Source: Deferribacterales bacterium
GTDB taxonomy: Bacteria > Chrysiogenota > Deferribacteres > Deferribacterales > Geovibrionaceae
Assembly (NCBI GenBank): GCA_050253075.1
Contig: JBFWJS010000001.1
Coordinates: 96,001-160,000 of the forward strand
DNA length: 64,000 bases
Direction: 5' to 3'
The notes beneath the pieces are model-generated. The model was not told the origin of the DNA and did no database searches. It worked only from the letters and a program-made list of their open reading frames with translations. Below, in pieces: positions 28,654 to 38,837 of this stretch (within the stretch, counting starts at the first letter, position 1; every line of letters begins with the position of its first letter). Position numbers and translations under genes: made by a program.

Positions 28654-30529
28654 AAGCAGGGATGAGCTTTGTCAGCTTGATCTCGAAGCAGGCACCCTCT
28701 TTGTTGTTATAAGCGGTCAGCTTGCCGTCCATGTGGTTTTCTATGATCAGCTTTGACATATAGAGCCCGATCCCCGTACCCTTCCCCTCTTTTTTCGTGG
28801 TGAAGTACGGGTCGAATATATTTCCGAGTATTGTCTCGGGTATGCCTCCGCCGTTGTCGCATACGGTCACGGTGATGTCACTGTCGGTGGCGGCTATATT
28901 AACGGCCAGCTTCTTATCTATGGATTTATATTCCAGTGCATCTTTTGCGTTCTGTATCAGGTTCATCATCACCTGCTTAAACTCCGACGGATACCCCGCA
29001 ACGAGCGTCATAGGATGCTCACATGGCGGGTGGCTCGTATCATTACAGCTCAGGAAGTTTTTATGTGCGCACTGACAGCTCACGGTGTATTCGATAAAGT
29101 GGCTCTTAAGCTGTGCATCCACAAGGGAGACAGTCTCTGTCACTGCACCTATCACCTGAAATTCAGTCTTATTCTTACTAGGTTCGAAAAATCCTCTGAA
29201 GTCGTCTATAGTCTTTGACAGATGCTGGACAAGTCCTATGCTGTCCGCCTTGAACTCTTCCAGACGCTCCGCCGTCACCTGTTCATCCATCACGCTTTCT
29301 ACAATATACTGTATATACAGACCGAGCGCATTGATCGGCTGACGCCACTGATGGGCTATTGCATTTATCATCTGCCCCATATCGGCGAATTTCTTCTGTT
29401 CGAAAAAGAGCTGTTCATGCTGAAGCCTTTTTGCGGTCTCGTCACGCACCTTCTGCTCCAGCTCCATAGTCAGCTTTTTCAGGTCTCTGGTTCTCTCCAG
29501 CAGTTCCAGCTTTGCCATCTCCAGCTCTGTTATGTCGTTTGCCGTGATGATGACACCGTTGATCTTTCCGTCTATGTAATGGGGCACGAATGACATATCA
29601 AAAAACCGTCTGTATCCGCCCATAAAGTCATACCAAATCTGATGCTTAACAGCTTTACCGCCGAGGCAAGTTTCAAAGCAGTCCTTCAGGTATTCATTAT
29701 ACCTGTGCACACCGTGAAACTCTCTGATGTGCATACCGATCACCTGCTCCTTCGGAACGCCGAAAATGCTCTGATATGCATCATTCACGGCGACATACCT
29801 GCCCTTTACATCTACGTAGGAGACAAGCTCATTCACGGAGTCCATGATGTAGCCGAATGTCTCACGCTCCTTACCGGCACTTCTGATATCTTCGAAATTC
29901 TTTTTGCTGAGAGCATAGAAGATAAACCCGCCGCTGCCGAGAACCACAAGGCATATGACGACGGCAGAAAATATAGCTGCGTATTTCGGTTTTGATATCT
30001 CGGCGTAAGGCACACTGGCTAGGAGCACTATACGATGATCACCCATATCGAGATAATCATACGCAGTGACCAGCTTTACGCCGTATTCGTTTATGTCTTC
30101 TTTGACACCGCTTGCACCTCTGAAAGCGTGGGTAACCACCTGATGCTCTGACTGGTCAGCCAGAGGTTCCTTCAGCGGGAACGGCTGTCCGTTCAGGTTT
30201 TTATAAAGAGAATAGTATGCGCCCTTTTCCTTTGAAATGATTATGAATTCGTTGCTGAGTCCGCTCTTCTGATAAACCCGAAAGCTGTCTTTCAGAGTTT
30301 CGATAGAGGATTCGAATGCTTCTTCCTGTGATATCTGCAGTGTTTTTAGCTGCTGGATGTATGTGCTGAGGAGTGAATTTTTACGATTATAGACTATATC
30401 CTCCAGCCTATGCTTGTGCATAGTAAGGATACTGCCGTACCAATACTGCATAACGCCATACACGGCACCGATAGCAATGATCGCCGTTATGAGATAGGTG
30501 ATGCCCATCCTGACAGAATAGACCCTCAT
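28643..30529 (-). CDS. Membrane PAS sensor histidine kinase (orphan)
   Basis: Two TMs, PAS, H-box IAHQWRQP, N box [25 protein letters not shown]. Confidence 0.9.
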   Translation of the reverse strand: MRVYSVRMGITYLITAIIAIGAVYGVMQYWYGSILTMHKHRLEDIVYNRKNSLLSTYIQQLKTLQISQEEAFESSIETLKDSFRVYQKSGLSNEFIIISKEKGAYYSLYKNLNGQPFPLKEPLADQSEHQVVTHAFRGASGVKEDINEYGVKLVTAYDYLDMGDHRIVLLASVPYAEISKPKYAAIFSAVVICLVVLGSGGFIFYALSKKNFEDIRSAGKERETFGYIMDSVNELVSYVDVKGRYVAVNDAYQSIFGVPKEQVIGMHIREFHGVHRYNEYLKDCFETCLGGKAVKHQIWYDFMGGYRRFFDMSFVPHYIDGKINGVIITANDITELEMAKLELLERTRDLKKLTMELEQKVRDETAKRLQHEQLFFEQKKFADMGQMINAIAHQWRQPINALGLYIQYIVESVMDEQVTAERLEEFKADSIGLVQHLSKTIDDFRGFFEPSKNKTEFQVIGAVTETVSLVDAQLKSHFIEYTVSCQCAHKNFLSCNDTSHPPCEHPMTLVAGYPSEFKQVMMNLIQNAKDALEYKSIDKKLAVNIAATDSDITVTVCDNGGGIPETILGNIFDPYFTTKKEGKGTGIGLYMSKLIIENHMDGKLTAYNNKEGACFEIKLTKLIPASKQ

Positions 30530-30694
30530 ATTTCTCCCCGTAGCCAATAATTATTACTTCATCATCTTTTGTTATAGAACCATACTATCATAAATCTCAA
30601 AATACTCAATCTCAGCATTTGCTCATAACCACAATTCCATTGCTCTAATTCAAAAACTTTGAGATAATTATTTACTGCACATCAGGAGACTTTT

Positions 30695-31405
30695 ATGAAG
30701 AAGTTGCTTGTACTTGTAATTTTAATATCTGCCTCTGCGGCATTTGCCGATGTCACTATTAAGGAAAACTCTGACGGAGCAGAGCTCGTCACATACTTTT
30801 CCAAGGGCATGTCCGCACACTACGTCGACGGACAGGTCACCAATATCACAGATATGAACTCCGGCACGATAACCGTGATGAACCCGATGAGTAAGACATA
30901 TTTCCAGGCGACTCTGGCACAGATGAAGAATCTGGCCGACAGCCTGAATGAAAAGATGAAATCCATACAGAGCAACCCTCAGTATCAGGCAATGCTGAAA
31001 CAGCAGGCAGACTCTGTAAAAGTAGCAAAGCAGGGGAGCGAACAGATCGCAGGATTCTTCTGCACCAAATACTCTATATCTATGGACATGCCGCCCACAA
31101 AGGCAGATATATGCCTTTCAAAAGATCTGGCTGACCTGGTGTCTAAAGAGATCAGCTCAAAACAGCTTGAGAAGATAATGGACTCTCTGGACAGCGGCGA
31201 CGGCGGAATGGACATGCTGGCAGGAAAGATATCCGAGCTGGAAGAGAAAAACGGCTATCTCATGAGCGAGAATATCGACATGATGGGTACGGGCATCTCG
31301 ACTGTTGTCACCGAGGTTTCAAAGAAATCTATCAATAAGTCGGTCTTTAGCATCCCGTCCGACTACACCCGCAAACCAATGCCACAGGCATTCGGTGAAT
31401 ACTGA
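30695..31405 (+). CDS. Exported protein, DUF4412-like
   Basis: Signal peptide, GSEQIAGFFCTKY, C-terminal FSIPSDY. Confidence 0.7.
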   Translation: MKKLLVLVILISASAAFADVTIKENSDGAELVTYFSKGMSAHYVDGQVTNITDMNSGTITVMNPMSKTYFQATLAQMKNLADSLNEKMKSIQSNPQYQAMLKQQADSVKVAKQGSEQIAGFFCTKYSISMDMPPTKADICLSKDLADLVSKEISSKQLEKIMDSLDSGDGGMDMLAGKISELEEKNGYLMSENIDMMGTGISTVVTEVSKKSINKSVFSIPSDYTRKPMPQAFGEY

Positions 31406-31499
31406 TAAATTCCCCCGGGTAAACCTGGGGTTCGATGCTTCGCTCATGCTAACGCACAGATATACAACTTCGTTGCCACGGCTAGAGCATATGCAAAAA

Positions 31500-31628
31500 C
31501 GTCACTGCGAAACCCAAAGGGCTGTGGCAGTCTTAGGACTCGTTAATTAATCCAGAGATGAAGGCGAAACAAGTTCGCCATTCTTCGTTTCACTTCGAAA
31601 GCTTCGTCATTGCACTCCTCGCAATGAC
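31500..31628. repeat. CGTC-type palindromic repeat
   Basis: CGTCACTGCGA...GTGGCAGTCT...GCTTCGTC...CCTCGCAATGAC. Confidence 0.7.
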
Positions 31629-31672
31629 TTTCACGCCCTAAAGCTGTGACTTGCTCATTCATCCACGCATAA

Positions 31673-31864
31673 AAAAGGTAACCGTCACTCTGAGGAGCAC
31701 TAGCCGAAGGCTGAACGAATCCATAAATACATAATTGATGAGTAGAGCGACGTGAGAGTCTCATAGCCTCTGATGATCAAGGCTTTATAGTCACTGTGAC
31801 CAAAACAGCTTAATAAGCAGCAGTCTGAGATTCCTACGCCTGTAAACAGGCTCAGAATGACAAG
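31673..31864. repeat. CGTC-type palindromic repeat, long copy B with 48-nt insert
   Basis: Matches 18862-19008 apart from 31698-31745 and 4 substitutions. Confidence 0.9.
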
Positions 31865-31999
31865 GAAACATCTCCTTAAAATAAAGAATCCCCAATCTTG
31901 TTATCAAAATTGAGGATTCATTTATTTAGATTGTGCGAAACAATACGTTTATTAAACGGCTTGGCATTGCTTCCCCTTTATTGTTTATACGATCTTTAA

Positions 32000-34723
32000 T
32001 TACTCGTTCGACTTAGCCGACAGGCTGGATATCGGGATTATCTTACAGAAATCCGCAAGTATCTGCTCTGGATTCGCCTCAAAGTTTTTGGCAAACTCGT
32101 TCAGGCTGGCGTTATACGCCTTATCTATCTCCACATCCTTAAACTGCGCTATGAAGTCCTTTATATGCCCAGCGAGGAACTCTTTGTCGTCAGGGGTGAG
32201 GTACTCTATCTTTCTCACGCCTTTACCGAGCTGGCTGTCTGTCACACGTCCTCTGATGTATGCGGCACCTGCTGTCATGCCCGAGCACACATAGTATCCG
32301 ATAGGATCCATGCGGTTCACTATGTTCAGGATGATACCTATACCGCCCTGAGCGTATTCCATGAAGTAGTCGCCCATCCCCTTTTCGTGTCCGAGACCGT
32401 AAACGGCGACGGGGGCTTTCCTCTTCATCAGCTTTGGTTCGAACTGTTTCAGGAAGTCCTGCCAGTTTGCAAGGGCACGCTTCGCACGGCGCTGCTGATA
32501 TTTCTTCACCAGCTCTTTGAGTATCTCGTCCTTCGGCGCATCCTGAAATCTGTCTACGTTCAGATTCTTCCATTCTTCGGGCAGTCCCGCCTTCATCAGC
32601 AGGAGGTTACGCACACCGCCCGATTTCGCCACACGGAAAGTACCGCTGACGGAATACGCAGCGAAAAGGTCGCTCACGTCCCCGGCGATGTTTATCTCCG
32701 CAGGGTTTGATGTATTCGCAACGCCCACCTGCGCATTGGCAGGTACGGTTGTTATTGTGCTGTGGTTAGGGATAACATTCACCTTCACATCTCTGAGGAA
32801 TGCAAAGGAGTGGTTCCCCACGAGCCCTCTGACGGTTATCTCTTCGCAGTGGATACCCGTACCGAGGGTTCTCTGTCCCATTACGTTATCGAGGAAGAAT
32901 TTTTTTACGCCTCTGTCCACAGCCTCTTTCATTATGTGGTTCAGGTGCATGGACTCTATCTTGTCAAAGCCGACGTCAATCTTCAGACTGTCGCCGTCGA
33001 TGGCTGAGAGTATTTTTTCAAATGCTTCCTTGTTTTCTGTATATGTTGCTTCTCTCGATTTAAATATCTTTTTATCACGCTCTTTCACCTGAACATGCGG
33101 AACCTGTTTCGGATATTCTCCACGTCCGAATGTCTCGAAGAGGAGCGGGTCGCTTCCGTGGTATCTGAAACGGCGGGCACCGATGACATCCGCATGGTTC
33201 GACATGCCGAGCCCCGCTGCCATACCTTCCATATCATCGTGAAAGGTCTTTATCATACGGACGATGTTGTCCGATGCCGTGGCAGGGTCTATGCGGTGTC
33301 CGTATGGTCTGGATGTGATACCCCATGCGCACTGTCCCGTGTGGCATCTCTGGCAGAGAGTACATCCGAGTACATGGAGGGTTCGCATACCCATACCCAC
33401 AAAGTCCGCACCTGCGAGCATGGCAAGCATAGCGTGGAAGCTGTCCATAACACCGCCCTCTGCGATGATGGATACATGCTCCCTCAAGCCCTCCGCACGG
33501 AGAGCCATGTCGGCCATGTGTGTGAGGTATATGATGTTCAGACCTCTGTTCTGCAGATCGACAAGGTGCGCTGCACCCGTAGAGCCGTCGCCCGCTTTCA
33601 CAGTGATGTAGTCAAATCCTGCTTTTGCTATGGCTACGCAGATCTCTGCAAAGTTCCATGCAGTGCCGTAAACATCCGCACCGATGAGCTTGTCGTCACC
33701 GAGGAGAGCACGGAGGGACTCCACCCTCATGGGAAGCTCCTCGATGGAGTACTGGAGGTGCTGAGGGTTCGGGCTGGAGAGATGGCGCAGAGCCTCCACA
33801 CAGCGGAGGAGTGCTATCTCATAGTCGTTCTTCTTATCCTGAAGGCGTCCGCCCTTACCTTTCTTCGCATCCTGACCGTATTTCATGGAAATACCGGCGA
33901 ATTTATCAAGCTCCACCCAAGGGCCGAATCCGCCTGAGCCGAACTGCAGTATGCAGTGGCCTGCGGCCGCCATCATATCAGGGTGTACGAATCCTTCACC
34001 TGTAAAGAACGGTCTGCCGAGTTTCACACATGCCATCATTCTGGCGAGTATCGCCTCGTGGCTGTTCGATCCGTAGGACTGATGCACGTCGAATATCGGT
34101 GTATCCACCTTAAACCTTGCGGCACGTTTGCCGAGGGTCATATCACGCATCTGACCTGCGTATTCGTTCATGTGGTCTCTGGTGGGGGAGAGTATCTCCG
34201 CTGCGTCTATCAGCCAGTCGGTGTACATCTTAGACTGTCCTCGTCCGAGGTGTGCCGATGAAATAGTGGACTTACCCCCCGCACGGGAGATTATGTTGTT
34301 TATCTGCTCATGCCCTGTGAGCGTCACGCCTATGTCGTGATAGTCAGGGTTGTCGTAAACCTTGATGGCTCTCTGAGGGCACATTTTCACGCATCTTTTA
34401 CAGTTACAGCACTCGTCGGGGTTTATCCACAGGATCTTCTCCACAAGGGATATCTCGTCTGCGTCATCCCTGCTGACCCTGTGTCCGCCGTCGTCGAAGT
34501 AGCGTTCCTCCATGGTGAAAACGCCGTGCCCCGATGAGGGGTTTGATACGTTGTGCGTACAGCTTTCCACACATGTGGAGCAATGCACGCATCCCCTGCC
34601 CGGTTCTTCGATGTCGTCTGTGACCTTCACCCAGTATTTAGCACCCTGGGCAAAGATGCCCTTCTCTGTGGGCTCTGTATATCTTATGGATCTCTGTATT
34701 ACTATATCTTTTTTATCAGTCAT
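32000..34723 (-). CDS. Glutamate synthase-like subunit: ferredoxin + FMN-binding + GXGXG domains, no amidotransferase domain
   Basis: CVHCSTCVESC and CCNCKRCVKMCP, SYGS, TGEG, KYGQDAKKGKGG, GSTGAA, CTLCQRCHTGQCAWGI, EYAQGG, SGMTAG. Confidence 0.85.
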   Translation of the reverse strand: MTDKKDIVIQRSIRYTEPTEKGIFAQGAKYWVKVTDDIEEPGRGCVHCSTCVESCTHNVSNPSSGHGVFTMEERYFDDGGHRVSRDDADEISLVEKILWINPDECCNCKRCVKMCPQRAIKVYDNPDYHDIGVTLTGHEQINNIISRAGGKSTISSAHLGRGQSKMYTDWLIDAAEILSPTRDHMNEYAGQMRDMTLGKRAARFKVDTPIFDVHQSYGSNSHEAILARMMACVKLGRPFFTGEGFVHPDMMAAAGHCILQFGSGGFGPWVELDKFAGISMKYGQDAKKGKGGRLQDKKNDYEIALLRCVEALRHLSSPNPQHLQYSIEELPMRVESLRALLGDDKLIGADVYGTAWNFAEICVAIAKAGFDYITVKAGDGSTGAAHLVDLQNRGLNIIYLTHMADMALRAEGLREHVSIIAEGGVMDSFHAMLAMLAGADFVGMGMRTLHVLGCTLCQRCHTGQCAWGITSRPYGHRIDPATASDNIVRMIKTFHDDMEGMAAGLGMSNHADVIGARRFRYHGSDPLLFETFGRGEYPKQVPHVQVKERDKKIFKSREATYTENKEAFEKILSAIDGDSLKIDVGFDKIESMHLNHIMKEAVDRGVKKFFLDNVMGQRTLGTGIHCEEITVRGLVGNHSFAFLRDVKVNVIPNHSTITTVPANAQVGVANTSNPAEINIAGDVSDLFAAYSVSGTFRVAKSGGVRNLLLMKAGLPEEWKNLNVDRFQDAPKDEILKELVKKYQQRRAKRALANWQDFLKQFEPKLMKRKAPVAVYGLGHEKGMGDYFMEYAQGGIGIILNIVNRMDPIGYYVCSGMTAGAAYIRGRVTDSQLGKGVRKIEYLTPDDKEFLAGHIKDFIAQFKDVEIDKAYNASLNEFAKNFEANPEQILADFCKIIPISSLSAKSNE

Positions 34724-35915
34724 TTTTCTTCCACCCATAGTCCAGTTTGGTCACCTTCTTATCCTTTATGCCGAAGCCGACTATCTTTCCCGCTTCCGGG
34801 TCGAACATGTTCAGCTCCTCGTGCATAAAGTACGCCGCAGAGATAACCGCTCTCTGCTCGGAGCCGAGCAGGGCTATCTTATCATTCACGCCGATGGAGA
34901 ATGAGCGGAGGTGGTCTCTGTCGGTGAAGCCGACTATAGTGTCCTCAACCAATGTGATGGCTGTGGCAGGGCCCGACATCTTCATCCTGTAAAGGAGAGG
35001 GTCAGACATCAGCTCGCTATACCTCTCACGCTTCTCGGGTGTCATGGCGGCGAGCTCCTGAGGGAACTTCCTGCACATCACCCACTCTATCTCCTCCAGT
35101 GAATATCCGCTGCGGAGCAGGTGCGCCACAGAGAGGAATATCGCCTCGGAGTCTGTACCCGCCGTCAGCATGATGTCGAGCTGCTCGAGGGCACGTGCGT
35201 TCGACATGTCGCTTGAGAGGTGTCCGTTATGCACCCCGCAAACCTCGCCTATTGATATCGGCTGAGGCCCCCACCAGAGTCCACGGCCCTGAGATGTAGG
35301 CCAGCGAAGGTGGATGAGACATGCATCGTAGTAGTGGTCTTCGAATTGGTGAATATTATAAATATCTATGGTGTCCTTCAGCTCGTATGCAGTGAGGAAT
35401 GTCCCGTTCTGCTTTGAGCTGGAGAATACCCTTGCATCGTCCATGTGCTGACGGTTGAATTTGCTGACGCAGTGGGCTATGTAGTCCAGTTCGTTATTTA
35501 TCTTCTCACGGAACATCATCTCCTCCGGTGACGGAGGCACTATGCTGTAGTGCATTATCACGGGGAGGTCATATTCGTAATAGAATTTACGCTGTACCAT
35601 GTCTCTCTTTTCGAGGATGCGCAGCCCCATACTGCTGAGCACTTCGTCCAGCTCGGCTATCTTGTCCTCGGAGCGGAACATGATGTGAAAGTTAAAGAAT
35701 CCCGAGTCCTTATACAGGCTTTTGAGCGTGACGCCCGCACCCGTACGGCCTCTGTATTGAAGACATCTGGCGGCCTTGAGCAGTGCATCGAGGCTGAAAT
35801 CGCCCACAACTGCGAGCAGTCCGCAGGCTCCGCCCGGCAGACCGAGGTCTCCGCCTGAGAAGTCGTTCACCGTGATATTGCGGGTTGTTGAAAAATCGCC
35901 CTTCTTAATGATCAT
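34716..35915 (-). CDS. Class II (Ntn) glutamine amidotransferase subunit of split glutamate synthase
   Basis: ACGLLAV nucleophile after a leader, YRG, HLRWPT, VHNGHL, GTDSE, DRDHLR, SE; GGAGG RBS. Confidence 0.82.
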   Translation of the reverse strand: MIIKKGDFSTTRNITVNDFSGGDLGLPGGACGLLAVVGDFSLDALLKAARCLQYRGRTGAGVTLKSLYKDSGFFNFHIMFRSEDKIAELDEVLSSMGLRILEKRDMVQRKFYYEYDLPVIMHYSIVPPSPEEMMFREKINNELDYIAHCVSKFNRQHMDDARVFSSSKQNGTFLTAYELKDTIDIYNIHQFEDHYYDACLIHLRWPTSQGRGLWWGPQPISIGEVCGVHNGHLSSDMSNARALEQLDIMLTAGTDSEAIFLSVAHLLRSGYSLEEIEWVMCRKFPQELAAMTPEKRERYSELMSDPLLYRMKMSGPATAITLVEDTIVGFTDRDHLRSFSIGVNDKIALLGSEQRAVISAAYFMHEELNMFDPEAGKIVGFGIKDKKVTKLDYGWKKND

Positions 35916-37623
35916 GGTCGCAACCTCCGTCTTCAAATATCTCGCAAGCGCTGATGTACTGTTCCTGACGGAATTCGTCCAGCTTTGAGCCCTCTTTGGT
36001 CACTGTCAGAGCAGAGCGGGGGCATGCCTCCACACTCTTATATGTCGCATCGCACAGCTTATCTTCGAGGAATTCATAGAAGTGTGCGTCCTTTTTCGGC
36101 GTCCACTCCTTTTTCAGCTTTATCAGCGAACCGTCGCTGTAGAACCAGCACCAGTCGCACTGTATGCATATACCGCAGTTGAAACATCTGGAAGACATCA
36201 GCATAGCCATGTCCTCCTCCACGGTTTTCACTATCTCGTCGAAATTGCCATCACGCTCGGCAACAGGCAGTTCGTCTTCTATCAGACGTCCTGTCTTTTC
36301 AAAGTATTTCGTATTCAGGGTGCTGTAGTAGGCTGTGTCACGCCTTGTCTCAGGCTCTGCATCCTCGCCGAGGAATTCACGCACGGCCTTCACCGTGTCC
36401 TGAGCGAGACCGACCACACGGACAACCATACCCACGCTTTCGACATTGCCCATTGCGGCATCACCTGTGATGAATACTTTGTCTCTGTCGTCTTCCTGCA
36501 GGTCGGGGCATAGCATGCGGGGGAAATCCACGCTGAAGCTCTCGCCCACGAAGTACAGATCGGGTCTGTCGCCGATGGCGAGCACTATACGGTCAAACTC
36601 TAGGGTCTCTATAAGGCCGGGAACAGCGAAAGGCTTCGCACGTCCGCTCTCGTCCACGGGGCCGAGTTTCATAACCTGTACATGGATAACGAGCTTTTCG
36701 CCCTTTTTCTCTATTTTCAGAGGCTGACGGAGGAATTTGTAGCTGACGCCCTCTTTTATGGTGTCTGCCACTTCGCCCCCATGGGCTGTCATCTCGTCCT
36801 CTGTACGTCTGTATACTACAGTCGGGCTTGCGCCGAGGCGTACGCTGCATCTCGCAACGTCTATGGCGGAGTATCCGCCGCCTACCACGCATATCTTTTC
36901 GCCCTTTTTAATATTCAGCTCTTCCGCCCTGCCGAAGTTTATGCTTCTGAGGAAAGGGATAGCAGATTCGGCAAGTTTTTCACCCTCGATGCCCATCTCG
37001 ACAGGCTTATGCGCACCTGTCGAAACTATGACGGCGTCATACTCACGGGCGAGGTTCAGGAATTTATCTTTGTTTATATTTTCTCCGCATTTGATGTTAA
37101 CACCCGCTTTTTTGATAAAGCCGAGCTCCTTTTCAAACACGTCTCTGGGATAGCGGAATGCAGGGATACCCTGTGTGAGGAGACCTCCGGGGGTTTCCTC
37201 CTTTTCATACACGTCTGTGCGGTAGCCGAGCCTTGCGAGGAAATATGCCGCAGCCAGCCCCGCAGGACCTGAGCCGATAACGGCGACCTTCGCACTCTTC
37301 TCTCCGCCGAGCTTCTTCGGCTCGAGACCGTGGGCATATCCCCAGTCGGAGACGAAACGCTCCATCGCTTTTATATCCACGGGCTCGTCAAATTTTGTCC
37401 TGTTGCATGCTGTCTCGCACGGATGATCACAGAAACGTCCGCACCCGGAGCTGAAAGGATTGGTCTCTTTCAGAACGTAGAAAGCCTCTTCGAACCTGCC
37501 CAGTTCTGTGAGGTATAAAAATCTCGGTATGTCGTTTCTGGCATAGCAGCCGTGATTGCCCAGATGGTCTCTGGAATAGCACGGGCTGAGCTTATTAAAG
37601 TATAAGGGAAATAGTTTTTTCAC
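35905..37623 (-). CDS. GltD-like FAD/Fe-S NAD(P)H oxidoreductase with C-terminal ferredoxin motifs
   Basis: NPF..CGRFCDHPCE..C, GSGPAGL, GIPAFR, GGGYSAIDVAR, RCFNCGICIQCDWC; GTG start. Confidence 0.85.
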   Translation of the reverse strand: MKKLFPLYFNKLSPCYSRDHLGNHGCYARNDIPRFLYLTELGRFEEAFYVLKETNPFSSGCGRFCDHPCETACNRTKFDEPVDIKAMERFVSDWGYAHGLEPKKLGGEKSAKVAVIGSGPAGLAAAYFLARLGYRTDVYEKEETPGGLLTQGIPAFRYPRDVFEKELGFIKKAGVNIKCGENINKDKFLNLAREYDAVIVSTGAHKPVEMGIEGEKLAESAIPFLRSINFGRAEELNIKKGEKICVVGGGYSAIDVARCSVRLGASPTVVYRRTEDEMTAHGGEVADTIKEGVSYKFLRQPLKIEKKGEKLVIHVQVMKLGPVDESGRAKPFAVPGLIETLEFDRIVLAIGDRPDLYFVGESFSVDFPRMLCPDLQEDDRDKVFITGDAAMGNVESVGMVVRVVGLAQDTVKAVREFLGEDAEPETRRDTAYYSTLNTKYFEKTGRLIEDELPVAERDGNFDEIVKTVEEDMAMLMSSRCFNCGICIQCDWCWFYSDGSLIKLKKEWTPKKDAHFYEFLEDKLCDATYKSVEACPRSALTVTKEGSKLDEFRQEQYISACEIFEDGGCDHDH

Positions 37624-37720
37624 CCAGACCTCCGATGTATTTAGATGTTAGTTTAATCTCTTTTTAAAAAAATGGCTGTATATCAATTATAGCTTACATA
37701 TGGAGGGTTTAGCAATTCAC

Positions 37721-37750
37721 AAAAACGGCGGATGATCCGTTCATCCGCCG
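37721..37750 (-). terminator. Intrinsic terminator
   Basis: cggcggatga / tcatccgccg stem then T5 on the minus strand. Confidence 0.78.
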
Positions 37751-37881
37751 CTTTGCTATAATGAGAGAGTAGAGGTTTTATTGGATTCGCCTTTTACAGC
37801 AACCATATTTATAAACTATACCATTTTTATCTTATTTCAAGTGTTTATTATAAAAAAAATAATATGTCAATAAATCAATTA

Positions 37882-38298
37882 TTATATGGAGTTTGAGAGG
37901 ATGACAAGCTTCTCTATTGCGCTGTTTATCCCTTTGCGTACATCTTCTTTATGGAACGACTTCTCCATGCACGCAGCAACGGCTCTGGCTGTCTCCTGAA
38001 GGGCGTCTGCGGCTGCATCAGTCGGCGACATGGCTCCGCTCACCTCGGGCAGTCTGCTCACACAGCAGTCCATGTCACGGGCGACCATATTCAGCACGTC
38101 CACGCACTTATACTTTGTCAGCACATAGAGGAAGTTTTCCAAAGTCGCGGATTTACTGCTGTCGTATGCATAGTTTTTTATCTGGTTCACAGATATCCCC
38201 AGCTCAGAGGCGAGCTTTTCCCTGCGGATCCCTTTCTTATTAACGGCTTTGAACAGCTCTCCGCTGATGTCGCATGCGTATTTTCTGAAATCTCCCAT
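37882..38298 (-). CDS. HTH protein resembling phage regulatory CII (CP76/YmfL-like)
   Basis: REKLASELGISVNQIKNY HTH followed by VLNMVARDMDC..LP and a helical tail; GGGGG RBS. Confidence 0.6.
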   Translation of the reverse strand: MGDFRKYACDISGELFKAVNKKGIRREKLASELGISVNQIKNYAYDSSKSATLENFLYVLTKYKCVDVLNMVARDMDCCVSRLPEVSGAMSPTDAAADALQETARAVAACMEKSFHKEDVRKGINSAIEKLVILSNSI

Positions 38299-38433
38299 GA
38301 CTACCCCCTTATAATAGGTATTTCGAATAATTCTATATCTGTGAATTTCCTAAGCAGTATATATAATATTTACTTATATTACATATAGTAATATATTTCA
38401 ATTTAATTTTCAACATGTGAATATGGAGCCCGA

Positions 38434-38700
38434 ATGAACTTATACCTGGTACAATGCGACTTCAAACAAGGCAGTGATGCATGGGAAAAGATAGGCGCAA
38501 TACTAAACGCACACGAAGGGAAAAGGCACAGACCAGACAGCTGGATAATCCTGTCCGTAGAACCCGTCAGCATAATATATGAGAAGCTGAGACACAGCCT
38601 CGGCGATTCGGACTTTATCCTGATAACAAAGATAGGCGTGGACCAGATGAACAATTACCCGGAAAACATCAAAAACTGGATTCACGCAAATATAGCCTGA
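38434..38700 (+). CDS. Small hypothetical protein with Cas2/VapD-like ferredoxin-fold pattern
   Basis: 88 aa, YLVQCD, DSWII, IYEKL, DFILITKI; GGAG RBS. Confidence 0.55.
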   Translation: MNLYLVQCDFKQGSDAWEKIGAILNAHEGKRHRPDSWIILSVEPVSIIYEKLRHSLGDSDFILITKIGVDQMNNYPENIKNWIHANIA

Positions 38701-38837
38701 AACGATCAAACACCCGCCGAAAGCTAGATGCAGATATTTATTTAGTCAGATATCTGCATAACTATCATTTAATACAGCCTGTAAAAAAATTGCAAAATAA
38801 CTATTGAAAATATCGGCCGTTAACCTAGATTAAAAGT

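Noticed and set aside
37738..37752. CGTTCATC resembling the start of the glutamine (glnA) riboswitch near the glt operon
   Set aside because: Wrong strand, the rest of the motif is absent, and it is part of a terminator stem
37882..38700. Intact prophage or integrative element
   Set aside because: No integrase, structural genes, tRNA target or flanking direct repeats visible
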